A DNA stretch of 12,360 nucleotides from Vulcanimicrobiota bacterium (GCA_003133025.1 PKZK01000111.1:1-12360), one strand, 5' to 3'; shown: positions 1 through 7,177, counted from the stretch's first letter. Numbers and translations: made by a program. The notes: generated by a model from the letters alone, not told the origin.

Positions 1-38
1 GCGCCGGCTGTGGCCAGGCGAGTTCGGGTTGGGAGCAT
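1..38 (-). CDS. Probable 5' end of an exported protein running off the left edge (MLPTRTRLATAG...)
   Basis: ATG at 38-36 on the - strand, preceded by AGAGAGGT (complement of 47-54) about 9 nt upstream. This matches the GAGGT-pyrimidine spacer-ATG layout of the DING gene. The 12 visible residues look like a signal-peptide n-region. Only 12 codons are visible. Confidence 0.5.
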   Translation of the reverse strand, partial: MLPTRTRLATAG

Positions 39-210
39 GCGGAAAGACCTCTCTGGGAGGGGGAGGGGAGGGCCATGCAAAGTTTTTCTTCGCAGCGCCC
101 ATACTTAGATTTGGGTTAGAGGCCTCCTGCCGAACGGAGTATACTGAGGTCCTAGTCGTTTGCCGGCCAGCCTAGCTTAGAGTGGGTCGATCTTCTACAC
201 GAAAACGTCG

Positions 211-245
211 GAGAGGACGGTCCCGCCTCGCGGAACCGTCCTCTC
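211..245 (-). terminator. Intrinsic terminator-like hairpin downstream of the DING/PstS gene (possibly bidirectional)
   Basis: GAGAGGACGGT-C-CCGC / CTC loop / GCGG-A-ACCGTCCTCTC forms a 16-bp stem. Its single C:A mismatch becomes a G.U pair in the - strand RNA. It is followed by CGACGUUUU on - and GTTTTT on +, and lies 44 nt past the stop at 290. Confidence 0.8.
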
Positions 246-289
246 GTTTTTGGAAGACTCGGATTGCGACCCGATGGGGTCGCCCGCGT

Positions 290-1903
290 TTATTGCAGCG
301 GGGTGCAGGTGAAGGGCAGCGTGTTGCCCGTCGTGGGGTCGATGTACGTGCCCGAACCCGAGGTCGCGTAAGCCTTGACCGCGTTGACGGCGCCGTTGGT
401 CAGAGCCTTCGAAGCTCCGCCGGCCGTCGGTGCCTTGTTCGGCAGTTCCACGAGCCCGTTGTTTTCGGCGATCGTGTCGGCGGGCGTCAACTGACCATCG
501 ACTTGGAGCGTCATGGCCCACTTGATGAACGCGTGCAGCTTATTGACGTTGGTCGACAGCCGTTCCGGCGAGCACGTGTAGAAGTAGCCGAAGGTATACC
601 CGACGATCGGCGCCGCGGCGGCGTTCGAGGGCAACGGGATGTACGTGTTCTTGATGTACGGATATCCCGGCGGAATTTGCGAGGTCTGGCTGGACTTCAC
701 GAACGGCCCGTTCGCGATTGCCGCCTTCGTGCCGGCCACCGTGGCCTGCACGAAGTTGCCTGCCGCGTTCTGGACGTACGCTTCGTTGCCGCCGGCCTTG
801 GCGACGTACGACGGGCTCAGGTATGCGATCGCGCCGGGAAGCGACGCGACTTCACTGGCAACGCCGCCGCTGCCCTTTTCGGGAATCGAGGTCGACGGCC
901 AAACGACGGTGTTGTTCGGCGGCGGACCGGAGATCGGGCCGTTCTCCGAGTTGGTACCGACGCCTTGAACCCACGCATTGCCGGGTTGGACGTTCGATTG
1001 CGCGCAGATGACGTACAGATCGTAGCTGAAGAGGAAGGTCGTGCCCGAACCGTCGGAGCGATGCACGATCGTGATCGGCTGGTTGCCGATCACCTGTCCG
1101 CCGTTGTCGCTGGTGATCGAGGGATCGTTCCAATTGGTTATGAGACCTTGGAAGATGCCGCAGAGCGAATTGCGCGACAGCTTCACGCCGCCCGAGGGAA
1201 TCGTCAGGTTCGTCGCGTTGAAGGGCACCGATGCCGCCGTTGCGACCAGCGGCGCCTGCACGATCGGACCGCGCTGGAGGTTGTACCCCGACGCCTGTCC
1301 GTTGGAGTTGTTGTAGGTTGCGAGTTCGACCAGGTCCCACGGAGCGTCGCCGCCGCCGAACATGATCGAGTCGGGCGTGACCGAGTTTCCGGCAGCGCTC
1401 GTGCCGTCGCGGACTTCGAGCACCTTGCCCGCCGTCGGCTGGTAGCCGCACTGGTTGTTGTCGTGAACGCCTGCGGTGCAGGTGGTCAGAAACGTGTCGG
1501 CCGCACCGCCTGCGTACACCGGCGAACCCGCATCGTTGGGCGGAACGCTCGGCGTTCCGTCGTTCCAGCCGCCCTGCTGATTCGCGATGTCGTTTTGCGC
1601 CGAGCCCGTGCCGACTGCGCCGTAGAGCAACTGCGTCGTGGCATCGAGCGGATTGCCGCCCGGTGCGCCCTGGCTATCACCGGGAACCGCAACGCCCCAG
1701 TAATCCATCCAGCCGCGGTAGACGATCGCGGCGAGCGTGCCGCCCTCGGACGTGATGGTGACGAGTCCGGGCACCTTGGCGTTGGGGTGCGCGACGCGCA
1801 TGTCGGGGCGAATGATCGTCGCCGCGGATGCCGCGGTCAACGAGATCGCGAGCGTCGCTGCGATCGTGCCGCCGGTAGCTCGTTGGAGTAAGGGTTTGAG
1901 CAT
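290..1903 (-). CDS. Secreted PstS/DING-family phosphate-binding protein with large insertion
   Basis: Sec signal (MLKPLLQR...TAASA). PstS phosphate-site motifs GGTLA, VGTG, FGGGDAP and HRSDGSGTT. DING-type segments GPIVQAPLVATAASVPFN, LCGIFQGLITNW and PIVGYTFGYFYTC, plus a C-terminal Cys. SD GAGGT upstream. Confidence 0.88.
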   Translation of the reverse strand: MLKPLLQRATGGTIAATLAISLTAASAATIIRPDMRVAHPNAKVPGLVTITSEGGTLAAIVYRGWMDYWGVAVPGDSQGAPGGNPLDATTQLLYGAVGTGSAQNDIANQQGGWNDGTPSVPPNDAGSPVYAGGAADTFLTTCTAGVHDNNQCGYQPTAGKVLEVRDGTSAAGNSVTPDSIMFGGGDAPWDLVELATYNNSNGQASGYNLQRGPIVQAPLVATAASVPFNATNLTIPSGGVKLSRNSLCGIFQGLITNWNDPSITSDNGGQVIGNQPITIVHRSDGSGTTFLFSYDLYVICAQSNVQPGNAWVQGVGTNSENGPISGPPPNNTVVWPSTSIPEKGSGGVASEVASLPGAIAYLSPSYVAKAGGNEAYVQNAAGNFVQATVAGTKAAIANGPFVKSSQTSQIPPGYPYIKNTYIPLPSNAAAAPIVGYTFGYFYTCSPERLSTNVNKLHAFIKWAMTLQVDGQLTPADTIAENNGLVELPNKAPTAGGASKALTNGAVNAVKAYATSGSGTYIDPTTGNTLPFTCTPLQ

Positions 1904-1956
1904 GAAAAAGGGGACCTCGTATGTGGGCTGCGAGATGTGTGAAGCTTCCGGCTTCC

Positions 1957-1990
1957 ATTATCGTCACCGCGAGGTGAAGGTTAGGTTATT
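1957..1990 (-). promoter_or_regulatory. Putative Pho-box-like direct repeat plus -10 element for the DING/PstS gene
   Basis: The - strand reads AATAACC-taac-CTTCACC (11-nt period), 10 nt, then GATAAT (1962-1957). Confidence 0.5.
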
Positions 1991-1996
1991 GAGCCC

Positions 1997-2014
1997 ATGG
2001 GCCACGTGGCCCAT
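1997..2014. promoter_or_regulatory. Perfect 18-bp palindrome, candidate operator
   Basis: ATGGGCCACGTGGCCCAT is its own reverse complement and extends to CC/GG after one mismatch. It lies between the regulator stop and the DING promoter. Confidence 0.5.
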
Positions 2015-2064
2015 TGGTGCGGCTGGGGCTAAACTTCGAGAACTCGCTCGACCGGAGCGTTCGA

Positions 2065-2089
2065 TTAAGGAATTAAGGTGCTCTTAAGG
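2065..2089. repeat. TTAAGG x3 direct repeat (two copies 11 nt apart)
   Basis: TTAAGG at 2065, 2073 and 2084, in an AT-rich patch within GC-rich DNA. Confidence 0.55.
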
Positions 2090-2095
2090 CGCGCT

Positions 2096-2791
2096 CTAGC
2101 AGATACCGCTCTTTATCGCGTATGCCGCCGCTTCGGCCCGCGCCGATATGCTGAGTTTCGCCAAAATGTTGCTCACGTGATTTTTCACGGTCTTATCGGA
2201 GAGGTCGAGTTGCGTGCTGATTTCTTTATTCGAGTAGCCCTCCGCGATGAGCCGGATCACCTCGACTTCGCGGTGCGACAACGTCGACGTTCGGCGCGGC
2301 CGGCGCGGCCGCAAGCCGTCAACGTCGATCGGAATGCGCGGATCGATGTACGTTGCCCCCGCGGCGACGAGTTTCACCGCGCGAACGAACTCGACGGTCG
2401 CGATGTCCTTCGCGATGAATCCGCTCGCCCCGATCGCCAAGCAACGCTGGACGATCTCGGGCCGCAGATGCACGGAGAGCACGCAGACGCGCGATGCCGG
2501 AGAATCTTTACGAATCTGTCGCATCGCTTCGCCGAGCGAAAACGAGGGGACGTCGAGGTCCACGACGATTACCCCCGGCCGCAGCAAGGCCAGGCCCGGA
2601 ACCGGAAATCCGGTGGCCGATCCGACCACGCTGATCAAGGGGTCGATCGAGAGCGCGTCGGCGAGGGCCGTGCGAAAGAGCATCTGTCCTTCGACGATGC
2701 ACACTCTGAGCGGGCCGTTGTTGTTCATGCGGATTTTCGTCGCGTTGGGTTGCCGCGACGCGCGTCCCGTTCGCGCGCCGACGGCTCGCAC
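2096..2791 (-). CDS. NarL/FixJ (LuxR-HTH) family response regulator, atypical receiver
   Basis: REC domain (RVCIVEGQ..., PGVIVVDLDVP, VCVLS, GASGFIAKD) plus LuxR HTH (LSHREVEVIRLIAEGYSNKEISTQLDLSDKTVKNHVSNILAKL). Start is either GTG 2791 (GGAGAGGA directly upstream) or ATG 2728. Confidence 0.95.
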   Translation of the reverse strand: MRAVGARTGRASRQPNATKIRMNNNGPLRVCIVEGQMLFRTALADALSIDPLISVVGSATGFPVPGLALLRPGVIVVDLDVPSFSLGEAMRQIRKDSPASRVCVLSVHLRPEIVQRCLAIGASGFIAKDIATVEFVRAVKLVAAGATYIDPRIPIDVDGLRPRRPRRTSTLSHREVEVIRLIAEGYSNKEISTQLDLSDKTVKNHVSNILAKLSISARAEAAAYAIKSGIC

Positions 2792-2803
2792 TCCTCTCCG
2801 ATA

Positions 2804-2859
2804 TCATTAGCAGAACTAATAATGTTCTTAAAGGAATCTTAAGAGTCGGCGTCTATAGT
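2804..2859 (+). promoter_or_regulatory. Putative promoter of the TonB-receptor operon with Pho-box-like repeats in place of a -35
   Basis: TCTTAA at 2826 and 2837 (11-nt period), weaker units TCATTA 2804 and ACTAAT 2815 in the same register, then TATAGT at 2854-2859. An inverted repeat AGAAC-N7-GTTCT (2812-2828) overlaps. Confidence 0.6.
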
Positions 2860-2917
2860 TTGCGGGTGAGCGACGGGTATGCCGCCGCTCCGTTTCGTGC
2901 GGCTTCCGGAGGTGTCA

Positions 2918-5900
2918 GTGTCGAGCGCCCTTCACGTTGCGATCTTTCGTCGCTGCGCTTTGACCCTTGTCGCTCTCTTGCTCGCCGGCCTGGGCCTCCA
3001 AGCCTCGCCGGCCTCCGCGGCCCTGACGGGGCAGATCGCCGGCACGGTGAAGGACGACGCCACGGGCAGCCCGCTGGCCGGGGTGGCCGTGAGCGCGAAT
3101 TCGCCGAGCGGCGGCTACAAGGCCGTGACCGATGCGAAGGGCCAGTTCACGATGGTCGGCGTCACGCCCGACACCTACACCGTCGCCTTCGAGCTCACCG
3201 GGTACGAGGCGTACGCCATTCAGGGCCTGACCGTGCTGGCCGACTCGAGTGCCGTCGCCGATGCGCGCTTGCAGAAGCGCCTGCGCCAGATCGCCTCGGT
3301 GCGCTCGCGCCCGGCCGGCGGCGCCTTTCAGCCGACGCAGACCGAAGACAGCTACACGGTCAATGCCAACACGCAGGACACGCTCGCGGGCAAGAAGTTC
3401 AACACCAGCGAGGACGATCTGCTCAAGCGCTTGCCCAGCGTCACGCAGGACGCCGACGGCACGGTCTTCATCCGTGGCGGCACCGCCTTCCAGACCGGCC
3501 TGCAGTTCGAGGGCATCGACTACACCGAACCGAATCGCACGCTCCAAAACAAGGAAAGCAACGCCGGCAACTTCGGCTTGCTCAACGGCCTCGGTACCCT
3601 GCAACTCATTCCCGGCGGCGGCGATGCGAGCCACGGCAACACCGGTACCGGCTTGATCTCTCTGCTCGCGAAGCGTGGTTCGTACCCCGGTTCGCTCGAC
3701 GTCGACATGGAAGTCGGCACGTTCCCGTACTACCATCAGTTGGGAATCCAGTGGGGCATCGGCAGCCAGAATGGCCGCGTCTCCAACTTCCTGAGCTTCT
3801 TGGGCGTTCGGCAGGATTTTCAGTACGGGCAACGCGGCGTGCCGGGCGACGCCCTGGGCATCTTTATCGACAACAATACGCTGCTGAGTTCGCGCGGGCT
3901 CAACTTGGTCGGCGTCGCCGATACCGCAAGCGACCGGCAGTCGAACGACATCGTCGACAACTTCGTGTACAAGTTCGGCAAGAACAACGCGCAGTATCTG
4001 CAGCTGTTCTACCAAAACCAGCTCGTCCGCCAAGGCGAGAGCTACGCCGGGTACCAGGGCACGTACTACGCGAGCCAGCCGTACGTCGAGACGTACCCGC
4101 AGCTCTTCTCGGGCCAAGTCACGCAGCAGGCGATCGAGAAGATCTTCCCGCTCTACCCCGGGCAGAGCAACGGCATCGAACTCGTACCCCAGGAAGACGC
4201 GATCATCAGCCCGTTCGCGGCGTTCAAGGTCGAGTACGGCAACAACTTCAGTTCTAAAGGATACGGCGTGATTCGCTGGTCGCGGACCTTCAGCGATCAG
4301 TCGGAATTGCTGCCCTCGATCGGCCAGTACACGCCGCTGAGCGGCGGCGACCGCAGCTCCGGATCGGCCGAAATCAACTATCAGCTCAATCAGCGCAACC
4401 TGATCCAGATCGGCGGAAAGTACGACTACGTCCGGCCTTTCGGTACCTCGACCGACGTCGTGGATTACACGTATCCGTATTTCGGGCAGTCCACGCAGGC
4501 GGGCTCGAACGTGCCCTTCGCGACGCCGTTCGCCGACTTTCTCCCCGCTTCGGCGTGCAACGCGAGCGGCGGCGGTGCGCCGCCCGGTTTCATCTCGGTC
4601 GCCGGGCCGGTGAACACGTACACCGTGCCCTGCGGGTACCTCGCGAAGTACTTCCCGAACGGCATACCGCGCCTTCCGCCCGAGGTCGACGTGCCGGTGA
4701 CCGACCAGCAGGTCTACGGCTTTTTCGCGCAAGACACGGCGCGCATCGGCAACAAGGTCCGCGCCCAGTTCGGCCTGCGTGAGGACGGCTACAACTTCAT
4801 TCAGCCGTTCGATCCGGCCAATCCGCCCTCGATCGCCACGGTCGATCATCAGCGGCTCTTCGAGCCCCATCTGGGCTTGACGTTTCTGGCGACGGCGCGC
4901 GATTCGTTCCGAGCGACGTACGGGCGCACGCTCTCCATTCCGTTGCCGGGGCTCAGCGGCAATTCGATCGACCCCTCGGCCTACGCGGCGTTCGACGGCG
5001 TGCCCTCGTACGACAACACGACCGGTCAAGCCGCAACCTACTGCGGCCTGAACGAGAAGACGACGTGCGCCAACTACGCCGACCAATTGTACTGGCTGAA
5101 CCGCGATGCGAAATACGGCACGGGTGCGCTCAACACGCCGGTACGCGGCGCGACCTTCACGAATTACGACTTTACCTACCAGCACAACTTCAACGGCGGC
5201 CTGGCGTTCTCGCTAACGCCCTTCTACCGTCGCGGCTACGACATCGTCGAGCAAGCCAACCAGATTCTCTCGGTCAACGTCAACACCGGAGCGCTGACCA
5301 TCGGACCCGCGCTCGAGTCGAACTTGGGCGTGCAGAAGACGACCGGCCTCGAACTCAACCTGACGCGCGACGTGGCGTACGGTCTGAGTGCGATCTTCAA
5401 CGCGACGTACATCAACCAACTCGGTAACGATCCGCCGACGAATTACTTGTCGCCCGCGGCGATCGCGCTCGGCCAACTGTACCGCTCGCCGAATTTCTCG
5501 CCCTTCCAATCGACGCTGGCGCTGAACTACAAGTCGCGCTCGGGCTGGCGGATCAATCCGGTGCTCGATTTCAACGTCGGCTATCCGTACGGAAACGGCG
5601 CGTACGTTCAGGTCTTCGAGAACGGGGTCGCCTATACGGTGCTCAACTCGAACTTGCTGACCAGCACGCTCAACAACACGCCGTTCTGTTACGTCGACCC
5701 GCAAAATCCCGGCTCGGTGAAAAATCCGAATTGCGCCGGCTTCGACGGGATCGGTGAGGCTTCGTCGGCGGGCGGCTTGCTCTCGCATATGTCGGTGCTG
5801 GCCAACATGACCATCGAGTTCGCGCCGCCGGATAAGCACTTCACCTACGGCCTGTCGCTGACCAACATTTTCAACCAGCTCTACGGCGTGCCGTATCCGA

Positions 5901-6049
5901 ACCCGAACTTCAAACCCGTGTCGACCGGCTTCGGCGACACGGTGACGTCCGGACTGTACGCGCCCGGCTCGTACGCCTCGTCGCCGTTCCTCGATCTGCC
6001 GAACAAGCCGCCGTTCAACGCCCGCTTCTACGTGCAGTTTACGCCATGA
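2918..6049 (+). CDS. TonB-dependent outer-membrane receptor, Oar-like, with N-terminal carboxypeptidase-regulatory-like domain
   Basis: GGAGGT SD (2908-2913) then in-frame GTG 2918. Signal peptide ending ASPASA. CarboxypepD_reg-like domain (GQIAGTVKDDATGSPLAGVAV...TDAKGQF...PDTYTV). Plug-like LLKRLPSV..IRGG..FEGID. Barrel strands GFFAQDT, FGLRED, EPHLGLTF, TTGLELNL, FNATY and terminal FYVQFTP. About 1043 aa. Confidence 0.92.
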   Translation: MSSALHVAIFRRCALTLVALLLAGLGLQASPASAALTGQIAGTVKDDATGSPLAGVAVSANSPSGGYKAVTDAKGQFTMVGVTPDTYTVAFELTGYEAYAIQGLTVLADSSAVADARLQKRLRQIASVRSRPAGGAFQPTQTEDSYTVNANTQDTLAGKKFNTSEDDLLKRLPSVTQDADGTVFIRGGTAFQTGLQFEGIDYTEPNRTLQNKESNAGNFGLLNGLGTLQLIPGGGDASHGNTGTGLISLLAKRGSYPGSLDVDMEVGTFPYYHQLGIQWGIGSQNGRVSNFLSFLGVRQDFQYGQRGVPGDALGIFIDNNTLLSSRGLNLVGVADTASDRQSNDIVDNFVYKFGKNNAQYLQLFYQNQLVRQGESYAGYQGTYYASQPYVETYPQLFSGQVTQQAIEKIFPLYPGQSNGIELVPQEDAIISPFAAFKVEYGNNFSSKGYGVIRWSRTFSDQSELLPSIGQYTPLSGGDRSSGSAEINYQLNQRNLIQIGGKYDYVRPFGTSTDVVDYTYPYFGQSTQAGSNVPFATPFADFLPASACNASGGGAPPGFISVAGPVNTYTVPCGYLAKYFPNGIPRLPPEVDVPVTDQQVYGFFAQDTARIGNKVRAQFGLREDGYNFIQPFDPANPPSIATVDHQRLFEPHLGLTFLATARDSFRATYGRTLSIPLPGLSGNSIDPSAYAAFDGVPSYDNTTGQAATYCGLNEKTTCANYADQLYWLNRDAKYGTGALNTPVRGATFTNYDFTYQHNFNGGLAFSLTPFYRRGYDIVEQANQILSVNVNTGALTIGPALESNLGVQKTTGLELNLTRDVAYGLSAIFNATYINQLGNDPPTNYLSPAAIALGQLYRSPNFSPFQSTLALNYKSRSGWRINPVLDFNVGYPYGNGAYVQVFENGVAYTVLNSNLLTSTLNNTPFCYVDPQNPGSVKNPNCAGFDGIGEASSAGGLLSHMSVLANMTIEFAPPDKHFTYGLSLTNIFNQLYGVPYPNPNFKPVSTGFGDTVTSGLYAPGSYASSPFLDLPNKPPFNARFYVQFTP

Positions 6050-7176
6050 GAGCCAACGTGAAAAAAACGAACCTCGCTTTCGCCCTCCTCGCTTGCGGCC
6101 TCGGCGGCTGCACGAGCGGACAGGTCGGGAGCTATCCCTTGAACTCGCAGCCGCCCTCGAGCGCCGCCAAGCTCCAGTTCGCCGTGGGCGTCGCGACCTA
6201 CGTGCAACAGGCCGACAACGGCGCTCCGGCGCAGTTGCGGCACGACTTGAACCTGGTCGAGACCTTGCGCAACGCGAACGGAACGTCCGGTGCGCAAACC
6301 GACGTGCCTGCGGTGACGGGCCCGTCGACCTATGTGGCGGGCCTTCAGCCCAGTTACGACGGTGCTCTCTCGAACCAGATTTTCAAGTTTTTCAAGAACT
6401 ACCCCGCGCTCGGCTACGGCTTCGGTGCGCTGATCGGGTCGAATGGCGGCCCGCTGCAAAACACGCCCGAGCAGTTCATCGGTGGTCCACCGGCGTGGCC
6501 CAGCATCGCGAATTCGCAGTATCCCTCGACGTTCGTCGGTTTCGGGCTCGGCTTCGTCGTCTTTCCGCCGCTGAACCAGCAGCCGTCGAACGCCAATACG
6601 GTCGTCACCGGCACCTATTCGCTGACCACCGCGTTCACGACCAATCCGCAACAACTCGGCAACTTCCCGGTCACCGCCGCGCCGCCGGGCTCGTTGACCG
6701 CCAACGGCACGATCAGCAACGTGACCGGGCTGCCCTTACCGACGTCGCCGAACTTCGTGCCCGACGGTGTGGGCGGCGGCTCGTTCCAAGTGTACGTGCC
6801 TGCCGGCGTGACGGAAACCGTGGTCTTGCTGCAGGTCGCCAATCAGTGCTACACGGCCTTGAGCACGCCGTTCACGGGACCCGGCGCCACGGTATTTTCG
6901 CTCGTTTCGACAACGCCCGGGCCGGGTACGCAGACGCTCGTCCTGCCCTCGAACCTGGGCCCAACCGGAAATCAGCACACCCTGTGCACGAGCGCGGATA
7001 ACGCTGCGGTCGGCGTGACGGGCGGAACGAACGTCGGCGGGTACGTCATTCAAGCCGACTACCCGCTCTACGAGTCGTCGTATCCGTTGAGCACGACGCA
7101 GAAGCCCACCATCACCGGCAGTTCGGGGCAGGCCGACGTCGCGTACCTCACCTTCAGTTCGGGGAACTATCCGTAA
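6046..7176 (+). CDS. Uncharacterised lipoprotein (receptor-associated)
   Basis: ATGA overlap with the receptor stop (alternative start GTG 6058). KK n-region, hydrophobic h-region and LGG-C lipobox. G/P/T/S/N-rich, beta-type mature sequence with one further Cys pair. Strong GC3 codon bias. Confidence 0.85.
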   Translation: MRANVKKTNLAFALLACGLGGCTSGQVGSYPLNSQPPSSAAKLQFAVGVATYVQQADNGAPAQLRHDLNLVETLRNANGTSGAQTDVPAVTGPSTYVAGLQPSYDGALSNQIFKFFKNYPALGYGFGALIGSNGGPLQNTPEQFIGGPPAWPSIANSQYPSTFVGFGLGFVVFPPLNQQPSNANTVVTGTYSLTTAFTTNPQQLGNFPVTAAPPGSLTANGTISNVTGLPLPTSPNFVPDGVGGGSFQVYVPAGVTETVVLLQVANQCYTALSTPFTGPGATVFSLVSTTPGPGTQTLVLPSNLGPTGNQHTLCTSADNAAVGVTGGTNVGGYVIQADYPLYESSYPLSTTQKPTITGSSGQADVAYLTFSSGNYP

Positions 7177-7177
7177 G

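Noticed and set aside
182..1891. 569-aa + strand ORF
   Set aside because: Arg-rich antisense shadow of the DING gene caused by high-GC codon bias, with no motifs.
2078..2842. 254-aa + strand ORF
   Set aside because: Typical antisense translation of a LuxR-HTH regulator. The - strand has the full REC and HTH motifs.
2879..2917. ATG 2879 as receptor start
   Set aside because: No SD and it would give an over-long signal n-region. GTG 2918 has GGAGGT and fits the promoter.
2915..5839. 756-aa and 208-aa - strand ORFs and alternative-frame + ORFs within the receptor
   Set aside because: Shadows of the TonB receptor frame, with R/V/G-biased, motif-free translations.
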